From assembly GCA_010356995.1 (NCBI GenBank), contig ML996690.1, positions 141,101 through 205,100 on the forward strand: a DNA stretch of 64,000 nt, in the 5' to 3' direction. Positions 22,780 to 35,395 of the stretch are shown one piece after another. The stretch comes from Trichodelitschia bisporula (Eukaryota). The notes beneath the pieces are model-generated. The model searched no databases and was not told the origin of the DNA. It saw only the letters and a program-made list of their open reading frames with translations. Position 1 is the stretch's first letter. Each line of letters opens with the position of its first letter. Both the position numbers and the translations under genes were made by a program.

Positions 22780-24349
22780 ATGGCCGACGTCCCCGCATCC
22801 GTCGTCGAAGGCCGCTCCCTGGGCATCTTTGGTGAACTCAACACCCACCCCTCTCCAGACGCGACTAACAAACGCAGCCCTGGGAGCTTCGCTCCACCAC
22901 ACCCTCAGCTTCATCAAAGCCCAACCGCTCCTATTCCCCAAAATCGAAATGTCCTACTCGCAATCCGAACCCCTCAGCGTCCCTCCCATGATCAACCTCC
23001 CAGCCAACGGCATCCGCCTCCGCTTCGACGCCACCGAACAGCGCCTCCGCCTCATCGAAGTGACCAAATTCGGCAAATCGCCCCTCGTATACAAGGACCA
23101 GGACATCGTGTCCCCGTCGTCGACCACAGGGCCTACCTTCAAGCACGTATACCAGCTCTTCGGCCCTACCACTCCGGGCGAGTACCTCCCCGCGCAGTCC
23201 GGCAAAGAGGGCGAATACTCGCTCTCCTACCCTGGTATCTCATTCTCCTTCCCCATCCGCCCCGGCGCCAGCTTCGCCCGCGCAGACTGGGCGTCACAGG
23301 TCTCGGTCCTCTCGTCCTCCGCCTGCGGCCCCGCCCGCGCCATGGCCATCTTCCACGGCGAGAGCTGGCCCGCCGCGCGCAAAGTACTGTACACAAGCGA
23401 AATGCCCTTCCCCCGCGCGCCACTCCCGCCGGGCATCCGCGACGGCGCACCGCGCGAGATCGAAGCCGTGCACATCCACGGCGAATGCCTCGTCGAGCTG
23501 CAGCGCAAGGACGCGCCGTCGTTCTGGCTCACCATCGGCGAGACCACGGCGCAGGATCTGCTCGCCGAGCTCGGGCCGCCGGACACCACACACCCTAAAA
23601 AGAAACCTACGGGGCCGGCGAGGCCGGCCGGGAGCGGAAGTCGCAGACCGAGTGCGGCGGCGCATAATCGCCCGCTAGAGGTGGGGAAGGGGGAGAGTAG
23701 TGAGGAGGAGGAGGAGGCAGAGTGGGAGGAGGAGGAGGAGGAGGGGACGGTTGTTCTGGATGTTGAGACGGATTTGGGGACTTTTTGGAATTATTATGGG
23801 CATGGGCTTGATGTGCTGGTTGGGCCGCCGACGTTTTCGACCCCCCGTGGGCCGAAGCCGTTTAATCCTGACTCTGGGCTGCCGAATATGGAGAGTCTTG
23901 GGGCGGTGGCGGATGCGCGGAATCACCCTACTGTTTCACAGATCAAGCTCCACGGCAACGTGCCTGGCAGTTACCAGTTCCAGCGGCACCGGCGGCTCCG
24001 GTGGACGATGGAGGATGTGCCGGCTCCGGACGGCGAGGGTGCGGTGGATCTTGACAGCGAGATGAAGTTTGCGGAGATACAGCGGTATCTGCGCGGGGTG
24101 TATGGGGGGAGGTATACGAGTCCTGAAGAGGAGCGGAGGCTGCAGTTGCCCATGGTGTTGAATCGGGGTTGGGGCGAGAGTCCGAGTGTGAGTGGGAGTA
24201 CGGAGTTACTGGGGGGGTGGGAGGATGGGGGTGGGAAGGGACGGAAGGGGGAGGAGGGGAAGACGTTTGAGGTGGAGCTTTATGGGTTCAGGGGGTTTGT
24301 GTTTGAGGTGCTTAAGACGGGCGATGTGAGTGCTGTGACGATATATTGA
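22780..24349 (+). CDS. UPF0183 / PHAF1 (C16orf70-like) protein
   Basis: MADVPASVVEGRSLGIF, intron about 22832-22877, then LGASLH..L, NGIRLRFDATEQRLRLIEV, FGPT.PG, LSYPGI.F.F, GETT.QDL..ELGPP, F.NYY.HG.D and LHGNVPGSY.F. Confidence 0.85.
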
Positions 24350-24915
24350 AGTAGGCCCGGGGGTGTTGTGGGGAATGGGATGGTGTCTTTAGTTTGGCTT
24401 TGGGGCTCGTCTTGGGTACCTTCATTGGGCGGAGTATGGATTCATGGTTGGTTGTGGGCGTTGGTGATACTGGCGGCTCACAATATCATTGCCGCATTGC
24501 CTAGTATTCTTTGGTGCAGGCATCTTATGATTGTGTTGGTCGACTACTCTTCAGTAATACTTCACTCCTAACCGCCGGTTAGTCTTTGATAGAGCAGCCA
24601 ACAGCAGTCGAACATGAACCGTTTCTAGAATTTCGCCAGACGGTCTTCAAACAGTTTTCACTTCGTATTGTAGCGTTAGATTTAGACATGAGGCAGAAGC
24701 ATCGGTATGTCAAGAAGGAGCATACAGATCAGAGGAAGGACATACGTCGTGGACGCATATCAACACGTGCAAATGTTATAACTGTCCGCCAAGCGGGCGT
24801 CATCCCCTCGTAAATACCTCGTTCTCCCGACTTCTTCAAATTATCAGCCAGCCCAACCCCTACCTCCATCATCCCCGTCGCCCTTCCACCGCTTCCGCCG
24901 CTTCTACTCATAGCC

Positions 24916-25240
24916 ATGCCGCCATTCGGTATGTCAGCCGAAACAATCGAGCAACTCCGCGAGCTTGTCAGGGACACCGATTCTCTGACACGGAGGGGTG
25001 GTGGTTCGACCAGCTTAGCTCGTACAATGAATGAAGTGCACGCTAATATCTCCAACTTCTACGACGATTTCAAGCGGAATCCCCACCGTTACCAATGAGA
25101 AGCTGAGGGAGGAGATACTTGTGCTTCTCGGAGCCGCCGCAAGAGGGTGCGAGGGTACGAGGCATGGCTTCGAGGGCTTGACAGATGAGGATTTCTGCAT
25201 GAATGACAAGCACGTTGAGGAGATGAAACAAATCGTTTAA
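24916..25240 (+). pseudogene. Possible small orphan gene interrupted by a single frameshift
   Basis: The 60-aa ATG ORF (24916-25098) joins the next frame (TVTNEKLREEILVLL...) if one C is removed from the C4 run at 25081-25084, giving 107 aa. A pyrimidine-rich leader lies upstream. Confidence 0.3.
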
Positions 25241-25572
25241 AGCCTTTCTAAGAGCTATTGGTGTAGCATTAAGAATATTATCTATTCAGAGTGAGGGCCA
25301 AGAGCTTTTTGGAAGGCCGTTTTGCTAGTGTGCTCATCACGAAGGAAAAGGAGCATGGGAGGAGATCGTGTATTCATTCTTGAGCGTCTCTCTCTTACCT
25401 TCTCTTCGTCGTCTTTGATTCAACTTTACTTTCACACTGTAGCCATTTCCACGCGTTGAGCCTACACTTCTATCAGCCTTGCGGTCCACACTTGAATTCT
25501 GCCTAGCTTTGCTTATCTCCACGACGTACCCGCAAACGCCAAAGTACTCGCTATCCACACCCCCTCCCCTAT

Positions 25573-27744
25573 CTACAACTTAACCCTCCCACCCCCCAAC
25601 CCACTCCACTCCTCCGCCCCAAACCGGCGATACACCTTCTCCCCCGGCGGCAACCAATACACCGCATCCGGCACGCGGGTCGGATCCACCCCCTCCTCGC
25701 GCAAATGGTGTTTCTGCTGCTTATTCGTGCCCGTCCGATGTCCCGCCTCCACCGTCTCCTCCCGCATAATCCTAAGGAAAACCGGCACCGCGTACCGCGG
25801 CAGTCCCGCCAGGGCTCCCTGCGCAAGCGCCGCGAGTTGAGCTTCAGGCACCGCGCCGTCCTTCTCCACCCCCTCGTTGAGAATGATAGCCGCACACCCC
25901 GCCCGCCCGTCGTGCCCCGGTATCGACACGCCATAGACGTTTGCTTCTGCGACGCCCGACACGCGCCCCAGCACCTCGGACACCTCGGCCGTGGACACGT
26001 TCTCGCTCTTCCAGCGGAAGGTGTCGCCGATGCGGTCGAGGAAGAACCAGCGCCCATCGCTATCCTTCCTTAGTATATCCCCCGTGCTGAAGTACGCGTC
26101 GTTGGGCGCGAGCACGCCGCGCACGATTTTGCTCTTCGTGGCGCCCGTGTTGTGGTAGTACCCCTGATACGCCTTCTCGATGTCCTTCTCATCGAGCTTG
26201 TACAGCAACTCGCCGGGCTCGCCCAGCGGGCAGCGGATGCACAGGCCGGTCTTCGGGTCCCGGAGTGGCGTGTTCGCTTCGTAGTCCAGCCGTACCACGA
26301 CGGAGGACTTCCCGAGCAGCGTAGACGCGATGAGGCCTGACCGCCCGACCGCCCCCGCGGTAAACTCATTGCGGCTCTTATTCCACATCGCCGCCGGCCC
26401 CTCAGTCGCAGCATAAAACTCAGCAATAGTATCGATGTTAAACCGGCTCTTGAACCGCGGCCACACATCCGGCCTAAGCCCGTTGCCAAACGCAACCCGC
26501 ACGCTGTGCTGCTTGTCGAGCGGCGATTCCGGCGCGGAGAGCAGGTACCGACACGTCTCGCCGACGTACTGGATGATGGTGGCGTGCGTCGCGCGCACGT
26601 CGTCCCAGAACGTGGAACGGTGAAAGCGTGCGCCTAGGCTGAAGGTTGCGCCCGCTTGCACGACGGACATGCATGCGAGGAGCGCGGCGGAGGAGTGGTA
26701 CAGCGGCATGCACTACGCCATTAGCCGGGATACGAGAGAGAAGGGAGACGGCGCTCACAGTGTACATAATATCATCCGCGCGAATCGGCATCCACCCCGC
26801 CACAAAACTCGGCGCCAGCGCCGCCTTCGCCCAGCTTACAACCGCCGGCTTTGGCAACCCCGTCGTTCCAGACGTGTAAATCAGAATCGCCATGTCCTTC
26901 CCAAGCTGGCCCGAGCGGGCAGCGTCAGGCGCGCGCGTAGGCGGCGTCCCGGCAATCTCAGCCTTAACCTCAGGCGTAAAGAGCGCGACTTCGACCCCGC
27001 CGCCGTCTGTGCGGAAAGCCGGGTCGCTGAGTGCGGAGAGCGTTTCCCCAGAATACTTGTCCTTGACCTGCGTATCGACGAGCACAACCCGCGCCCCGCT
27101 CGTGCGGATACAATGCAACAGCGGTCTGTCCGCAAGGTTATAGTTCACAAACGCGGGCTTCGCACCAATCGCCCACAGCCCAAACCACGTCCAGAGGAAC
27201 GTCTCACTGTTCACAAAATCCATCGCCACGACCTCGTTCTTCTTGATCCCAAACCGCTTGCCGACCCACGCGCCGTGCTTGAGCGCCTGCTCGTACGCAG
27301 CTTTGTAGCTCCAGCTCTTGCCCGCGAAGAGCAGGAAATCCTTATCCGCGGTCTTGGGATCGGTGGCCCATTTCTCAAGTGTGTAGAACGCGGAGACTCT
27401 ATCTTTTTTCTCGAGGAACACGCCTGCGAGCGTGGTTCGAAGGAAGACGGAGAGCATGCTTGCGTCTGCGCGCAGCGCGTACCGCGCGTCGAGATATTTC
27501 CATAGTGCGGTTGCGGCGGGGAGGGCGAGGGTTAGGGGGACGGCTGCTGAGCCGTATTAGCCTTGTTTTTCCAAAGTAGTTCACATGCCAGCAGGGGCGG
27601 TGAGGATGCGTGGTATGAAAGGCAGCTTGCGCGGGAGGAGACGCAGCAGCGCGCGCAATGTATGGGAAGCCATTTGCGCTCAAGCACAAGTATGGAGGTA
27701 CATGAGGTTCCGCGATGATGGGGGTGGTACGTACGGGCTGGCAT
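25573..27744 (-). CDS. FAT1: Fatty acid transport protein / very-long-chain acyl-CoA synthetase (Fat1/CefD1-like)
   Basis: AMP-binding motif YTSGTTGLPK, plus MPLYHS, YVGETCRYL, FGNGLRPDVW, EFYAATEG and the FATP signature DRIGDTFRWKSENVST. Tiny first exon (MPA) at 27744, then a ~190-nt intron. Ends -VKL. Confidence 0.92.
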
Positions 27745-28881
27745 TGTGGGGCGAGTCGCGGCCCGGTGGGGTGGGGCGTGTGGGGAAGATAGTCGTGATG
27801 GATCGCAATGGGTACGACGTTACGATGTCGCGACCGCGCCCTGGGGTTGGGGGCTTCTTGTACGGCTCGCCCAGCGCGGTGATGGGCACGGTTCGCAGCT
27901 GTGGCTGCCGAGGCACGGAGATAGAGTTTGGGCTACGTGCTTGGTGTGGTCTGGGGTGCAGGATGTGGCGGCGGGCGCGAGGTGCGGCTAGGGAATAGGC
28001 ACAGCACGGTTACGAATCCGTAGGTACAGAGACGGCCGAAGAGCGCTTTGATGGGAATGGGAATTAGGATAGATGATAGGCGACTTTCACTGTACCGGTA
28101 GTCTCACGGCCCATCCTACTTTGCGGTACTGCACAGCGAGCACGAGTTTAGAGCCGTGCCGAGAGCCGTCTTGGGCGTTGCTTGCGAGGCTGCTAGGGGC
28201 GGCCGAGGGATGCGCGCCACAGGAGGGCTAGGCTGAGGCTGTGTGCGGGCGTGTGGGGAAGGGGAAGTGGGGATTAGAACTACGGTACGGACGGTAGGCG
28301 GCATTGCAACTTGATACTCGTTCTTTTGAGCAGTTTGACGAAAAGTCTCTTCGGAGAGACATGAAGATGCGTTGAAGAGCAGTCTGAAAGATTCAATGTG
28401 TTCATCGCATTCCGGGGCGCCTGACGTCTTGGCTTACCGGTCCCTGCATATGCAGCATGTGGTTCAGCCGCGGCCGTTTCCTACGCTTGTGATTTGGTAG
28501 GCGACAGGCGGCATATCCGGATAAACTCTCCGATTAGGCCTCGTACTTAGCATCGTGGTTACAAGGCGGACGACGGATATCGAGAAGTATGTAGATCGGT
28601 CGGCATTACCTGGCTCGGACTCAGCATCCAACCTGCCTCGTACACATACGGCTGGTGATCCTAAATGGCCATCGCCGAAGATCTTCACGTCGCGAAGAGT
28701 TGCACGTGATGTAGCCTCGTCACAGGAGATCAATCAGGCTGAATTGAGCAGCCTAAAATTACACAGCTCATATCCACAGTAAACGCCCATCCAGTACCCG
28801 CCCCACAAAGCCCAGCCCAGCGCTAGAAACGCCTTCCATGCATCGCTCGTAGAAACCAGTACCCCCTCCCGCCATCATCAC

Positions 28882-31800
28882 CTAACTCCGTTTCCGCCTA
28901 AGCCCAGTCCGCGGCCCAACACTCGCACTCAACGCCGGCATATCCTCATTCTCCCCCCCAACCGTGCCCGCACTCCCACCCCTCTTCTTCCGCTTCCTAG
29001 TCTCAACCCCACCCGTAGTCAACATCTTCGGCAGCGGCTCGGTCCCGGTGGCCGCCGCAAACGCATTCACATCCAGCTCCCTCAGTCCTCCCTCCCCGGG
29101 CCCACCGAACCCAAACCGATTCACCCGCTCCTCAGCCACAAGCGCCTTCCTCGGACTCGCACGCTTGCTCGGACTCTTAGCCGGGCTGCGGCTGCCGAAG
29201 CGGCGCTTGCTCGGCGAAGCTGAGTGCTCATCGTCGTCAGTCCGGCCGTGCTTGCCCAGGCTCGTGCGCGGGAGGCGGCTCGGGTCCGGGACGGGGTATT
29301 CCTTGCGTGCAGGCGACGTGCCCGCAGGCTCGTACTCGTGGTACTTGGCAGCACGCACATTGTCGCGCAGGCTGGAGAGTTGATCCGCAACACTGGTGGG
29401 ATTGTGGGCGAGGTCGAGGGCGCGGTCCTTCAACTGGTCGCTATAGACGGCGATGTCGGCTTCCAGGATGTTCATGCGGTTCCCCGAGTCCTCGATCTTG
29501 TCCACTATCTGGCCGAACACGGCACGGACGTTGTTGACATGCGCGTCCACTTCGCAAGTGCGCGCTGCGGATTTTTCCTCCGAGATGGAGAACACGCGCT
29601 GCGAGATGCCGTCCAGCGCGCCGAGTTGCCGGTCAAGCTCCTCGCTCTGCGTATCGATGGTGCGCTTGGTGGACGCGTGGACCTCGGAGGTGGTGGCGCG
29701 GATGCGGTCCGTGGCTTCTGTGGCCCCCTCCAAGTCCGTTTCGCAGTGAGCGATGAGCTCTTCTCCCTTGTGTACCGCCTTGCGGAGGGTGGAATGCATG
29801 TCCTTGGACCATCGCTTCGCTTCCCCTCTGAACTCGTTGCTGTAGCTTTCGTGAATCGTTCTTGCGCAGCCCAAAGCTTCTTGCGTTTCGCGGAGCCGAT
29901 TCGCCAGGCGATCAGCCTGGCACTCTGTAGTTTCATTCAATAGTTTGCTTATGGTGTCAAGGAGCTCCGCGCGCTCAGCGGCTCGCCTCTCCGTTTCTGT
30001 GCGGGAGAAAGAATCAAGCTCGCGGGTTGCTTCAAGTACTTTGTCGCGGAACATCTCACCCTTGGAATCGACCCGGAAGGTATGACTACGAGCCTGAACA
30101 AGTAGCCTCCCCAGGTCATTGAGGAGTGCGCTGCCGGAATCGCGGATGGTAGATGATAAAGAAGTGGACGATTTGTGCAAGTACTGATGCAAGGAGTCGA
30201 CTTCAGTGCGAATGCCGTGCTGAATCCGCTGCGCGGCGGACTCGAGCTCTTTGAGGCCATCGGTGACGCGCGCGCGCACCTGCCCACGCAACGCCTCGAC
30301 GTCTCTCGCCACAGCTCGGAACTCCGCACGCTCCTCCTGGTCTAGGACTTGGAGGCAAATTTTCGAGCCGTCCATGGCCACTAGTTGCTCCTTGAGGAGT
30401 TCGCACGATGACCGAGCTTGTGACAGTTCACAGTTGACAAAGGACAGCACGCGGTCATGGACTTTGGCGATCGCCGTCAGTTGATCTCCCTGCACGCATC
30501 CGAGACGCTCTTCAATGCTTTCAGCGGCGCTGTCAACAAGCATTTTGAGGGCGGATGCCTCCTCGCGGTTCAGGTCGTGCAAGTCGGAGCGGCGGTGCAG
30601 TTTGGAATGCAGGCCATCCAGATCGGCGGTGGTCTGCCCCAAAGTGCCGATGAGATTTTTACTGACGCCCCTCAGGTCCCTTTCGGTGTGCTGATAGGCC
30701 TTGCGAAGGGCGGTCTCTTCCGCGAGCGACTGCTGGGTCTGGGCGAGAAGAGCCTCAGTCTTCTCGAGAGCACTTTTAGTGCTATCCAGCGTGACCTTGG
30801 TCGTCTCATGATCTTTCTTCAAACTGTGGTAATTTGTCTGAAGAGAGAACAGCTCCTGGAGCTTGTTCCGCAAGTGCAGCTCCATCGTCTCAATCTTATC
30901 CCGTTGCTCCTCACTAAGGATTCGGCGAGACTCGTTTTCCGTTGTGAGCTGTTCGTAGGTCTCAGGAGTGAGATAGACGCCATTCCGCTGGCGCGTAGCC
31001 TTGAGCTCGCTCTTGAGCCGCTCAATCTCGAGCGCCCACTCGCGGAACATGGTGTTCTTGGAAAGCACTTGGTTGGCCTGGGGCTTGTTGCGGATGTTCT
31101 TCGCACGGAACGCATAGTCCAGCGTCGAGATGGTTTCCTCGAGGTTGCTCTTGGCGGGTGACAATGTAGCGATGATGCACGTCTTCGTCCGACCGCCGAG
31201 GGAGTCTTGCAGCAGGCGCGTGAGCTTCGATTCACGGTAGGGGATGTGAGAGCTCTTGTCGACCAGAGCGTTGATCACACGCCCCAACGTCAGCAAGCTC
31301 TTATTGATCAGACCAGCTTCGGCTGCGCGCTTGTTCTCTGCACCGCTCCGCTGGATGTTTTCACTGCCGGCCAAATCAACAAGGTTGAGCTTTCCCGCAT
31401 TGACAAACTCTTCGCCGGTCTCTGTCAGGCGCTTCCTGTAAACGGTCACCGTGAAGACGGTGTGGCTGCGCGAGCTTAGGTCGTTGCACTTGGTCGCCGC
31501 CACCTGGCGCTTGTGGCTACCCTCACGAAGACGGTCGATCCCTTCAGTAGCTGAAGTCACGTAAGTTTCTTCCATGCCTTGGACTACTGTTGAGATGTGC
31601 CCCTTCTTGTTTTCTTCGAAGATCTTCAGCTTCACGCTGTCATCGGGCGACAGCAGATCGCGCAGCTCCTCGTTGTAAAGCTCGATGAAGGAGCACTTGA
31701 CAGAGTTATCGTTTTCATCGGCCTCAAGGCGGTCGAATAGTGCGTGCAAGACGCGAGGAATGATGCCGGCGTTCTCCGACATTGCCAGATCAGCCGGGGC

Positions 31801-32385
31801 GTTGATGTCGCCAGACATGGTGTACGTCTTGCCCGTACCCGTCTGGCCATACGCAAAGATGGTGCAGTTGTAACCCGCCAGAACCTAACTCATTAGTACA
31901 ATCCCACCACAGAAAGACAGGCGACTCACTTCGTCCATGATCGGCATAACTACCTCGTCGAAAATCATGATTTGATCGGCGGCAGGCGAAAAGACCTTGT
32001 CGAAATGGTATGTCTTGTTGCTGAGCGCGCTGGTGCCCATAGCAAGCTCAACCGTCTTGCCCTTGACGCCCTCTGTCGAAACCACCACACCAGAGTTCTC
32101 GCGCACTTCGCGTTCATTGCGACCGCGACACCGAACAACGACATTGATGTTTGTCTCGTCGCCTACGATCATCGACTCGTCCTCGTCGTCGCGAGACACA
32201 GGGCGCGTCTTTGCTGCGCCGCGCACAACCGGAGACTTGTAGCGGGACATGCTGGAGGTAACAGACTCTGCTGGTGAAGGTGCGCGGCCGTTGCTGCGGG
32301 TAGAAGTTGAGGGAGTTGGTGCGCGCGCGCGGCGGGGAGGAGGAGGGCCCATAGCGCGCGTGGAGCGCGAGCCGCGGGACGCCAT
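28882..32385 (-). CDS. bimC: Kinesin-5 (BimC/Cin8/Eg5 family)
   Basis: N-terminal motor with NINVVVRCR, FAYGQTGTGKTYTM, SSRSH, LVDLAGSENI.RSGA, INKSLLTLGRVI and HIPYRESKLTRLLQDSLGG; kinesin-5 neck AKNIRNKP; REKNG-like RQRNGVY; long coiled coil. Intron about 31885-31930. Confidence 0.95.
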
Positions 32386-32527
32386 AAGAAGATTTTGAAG
32401 TCGCGTATTCAAAGTCGATATGCTGAAGAGATTTTAGAGCTTGAGATGTGCTGTTTATTCGCTTCAGAGCTGGGGGACGTGGAACAGATGCGATGTGAAT
32501 GGTTGGGGTTGTGGTGGGGAACCTTCA

Positions 32528-32546
32528 GTAAACAAGGGTGTAAACA
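32528..32546. promoter_or_regulatory. Two forkhead-type GTAAACA motifs in the bimC promoter
   Basis: GTAAACA at 32528 and TGTAAACA at 32539, about 150 bp upstream of the kinesin-5 start; this matches the Fkh consensus of mitotic genes. Confidence 0.5.
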
Positions 32547-33042
32547 GTTCGGTGCCAAGACCCTAACCTGGGGCCAGCTGCTGGGGTGGGGAAACGTTTA
32601 GCCGCGTCTTGCGGGGGATCATGTGACTATATACAGCGCACGGACGAACGCTCCATACGGTATAAGTTGTTGCTGAGTGTTGAAGAGCAATGGCTGAGCG
32701 AAGAAGTCATGAGCGCCCCACCACCGGCTTTTGCTTAGCTATACGGACAGTTCACCAAGAGGGGCCGCTCATGACTTTTTCGCTCAGCCCTTGGGTCTAA
32801 GTTGCACAAAAGGGCAAATAAATCGTTCCAGTTATCAGCACGATAACCGCTGCCTAAGGCCTATACTATCGACTACTATCCTACACAAACAGACAGCAAA
32901 CAGCCGTCCAAGCCCACCGGAAAGTCGCCAAAGGTATACAAGCTCCAAGAGCATCCGCAAGTGAAACTCCAAAGCATGTCCCGCGCCCATCCGCTGTTCC
33001 TAACTCCGTGTCCAGTTATAAAACGCCGCTGAAAAAACACAA

Positions 33043-35395
33043 TCAAGCCTTGTCCTCCACAGGGGTAGGAGCGACCCGCCGCCGCTTGCCGGCTTGCTCC
33101 TCGCCGTCCTCATTAGCGCGCTTCTTGTCGGTATCCTTCGCGTCGTCAGCGGCCTTGGGCGCAGCGGGAGTCAACCCAGTGATTCCGCTGACGGACGAGC
33201 TGGCAGAGTGCGTACGCGGCGCACCGGTGCTCGCACCAGCACTGAACATGGGCGTCTCGGGCGGCGTCCACAACGGGACGTTGCCAGGGACCGGGGCCGA
33301 GTGGGCAGCCGCAACTCCAGGGACCGACTGCATCGATGGCGTCGAGTGCATCAGCACATTACCGTGGATTACGGAATCTGGGGGGAATGAAGATGCTGCC
33401 GAGCTGTTGGACATGCTTCGCGCTGGGCTGACAGGACGGACGGGCGCGAACTTGGACGGGGAGGCCGGGAAGCTAGCGGACGGCTGCTTGGTAAGCTGCG
33501 GAGGGTTTGCTGCAACAGGAGTAGCATTGGGTGTCGTCGCCTGCGAGCTAACGGTCGTGTTGATGGCACCAGGCTGCTGACGCGTCGGGATCGGTCCGTG
33601 ATGAACCTGCCCCAATTCACCAGGCGCAAAGGCGAGAGCAGAGCAGAAACCGTCTGAAGAGCTCATGAGCAGCGTGAGGCCATCATTGGACCTGGATCAT
33701 TAGCTAAGTCCTAGGGACAGGAAAAGCACATACCAGGTGAGATCAGTAAAGTTCGCGTAGTGGAGGTTGCTGACGACGCACAGCGGCTTCTGCTGCTGCG
33801 TGTCATACACATGGACCGCATCCATGGTAGCAACGGCATACACCATGCGGTACGCTAGACCAAAGGCGGCGGGAGGTGTAGCAGGGGTCGTTGCGCCATC
33901 GGCCTCCGGCTTGGGAGACGCAGCTGCGATGCTCGCAGCGGGCGATGGGGCGCTCAGAGGCGGCGGCTCCATCGCCGAAGGCTGTGGCTTCGCCTGCATG
34001 GCCGGCTCCGAGAGCGAAGAGATCTCCACGTCCGGAGCAGAGGTGTCGATTGTGATGTGCTTCGTCGGAACCGCGGCGCGGTGAGTATAGAAGATCGGTG
34101 AGCATCTAACCGCGACCGATGGCTTCTTGTGTCCGGGCAAGAACGCAATTGGCGGCTTGTTGAGTCCAGAGCGCGTATAAATGTAGACTGTGTTGACAAT
34201 CTCATCCTTGGACGCACACCCCTGGGGCGCGCGGTACTGTCCGGCAGGCGTGAACAGCAGGCTACCTTCGGGCGTGAACGTCAGACGACGGAAGAAGGAT
34301 GAGAAGGTATCTTCGCCGGCATAGATGCGCTCGTTCTTGAGGTGCAATGCAGCATACGGATTCGGTGACGATGGCATCACTGCAGGGAGCGGCAGCGAAG
34401 GCGCGGGAGACACGGACCGACGCGAAGAGCCGAAGGACGACCGACGAGAGTGCGACGTCGGCGGAGGGTTCATTGGCAACGCAAGGCTCTGCGGAGTACC
34501 CGGAGCAGATGGCACGGGCGACCCGATGCTGTGAGATGTGGGATCAGCAATGAACGATGCACGGCCGCTGAAGTCTGGCGGCGCCGGGCTGCTTGATGAT
34601 ATCCGCCGCGTAGGGATGTCCATCCGCGATACCTTGTTGTGCTGGGCCAGAGAGAAATGTCCCTCTTTGGTCTTGAGAGTGTAGATATGGACGGAGCGAT
34701 CGGATGACTGAGTCGCAATGTACTCGTTTAACGGATCCCAAGCGACACCTTGGACGAAGTGGTTGTGCTCAGCGATTTGCCGGACACAGCTCCCTGATGA
34801 AAGTCAGACATCATCCGAAAGAACCAAACGACACCTTGCGCCCCTACCGGTCTGAGCATTGTAGATTTTGGCAATATTGTCCATGCTGCCGGTGATGAAG
34901 AACTGGCCATCAGGAGACCACGCAAGATCATAAATCTCAGTTCCCATCGAACGGCACATATGCTTTACCCGCCACGTCTCCTTGTCTTCCGTACCGTCTT
35001 CACCGAACGCCGCGTGTTCGTGGTGCTCAGCGGGCACCCAGAGCAGGACATTGCCGTCGTCTCCAGCACTCGCAATCATTTCGCCTAGAAAGTCAGCGAC
35101 AAATCACCACGATCCGAAGAACGCACCTCGAGGACACCAACGGACGACATTAACAGTCTGTGAATGCCGAACGAGCGTCGACAGGTATGTGACCTTGCGG
35201 TCCTCGCCATGAGGGTCAATCTTCCAGATCTGTCGCCGTCATCAGCTGTCATCTCGAGTCTCGGACTCGACGTACTCGAACATTGCTGTCGCCACCGGCC
35301 GTTGCCAAACGACCCTTGCCGTGAGGTTCGAAGTGCGCTGAGAATATCGGCGTGCCTTCGTTGTGCCATTGCACAAGGAGTGGAGCCGCCTTCAT
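33043..35395 (-). CDS. CAC2: Chromatin assembly factor 1 subunit B (p60, WD40)
   Basis: MKAAPLLVQWHNE..PIFSAHFEPHGKGRLATAGGD, ASAGDDG, EIYDLAWSPDG, H.HFVQGVAWDP, SFFRRLTFTPEGSLL.TPAG and YRMVYAVAT....VYDTQQ; several introns. Confidence 0.93.

Noticed and set aside
22579..23598. 339-aa ORF overlapping PHAF1
   Set aside because: Non-ATG start; it is PHAF1 exon 1 read through the intron into an off-frame C-rich sequence.
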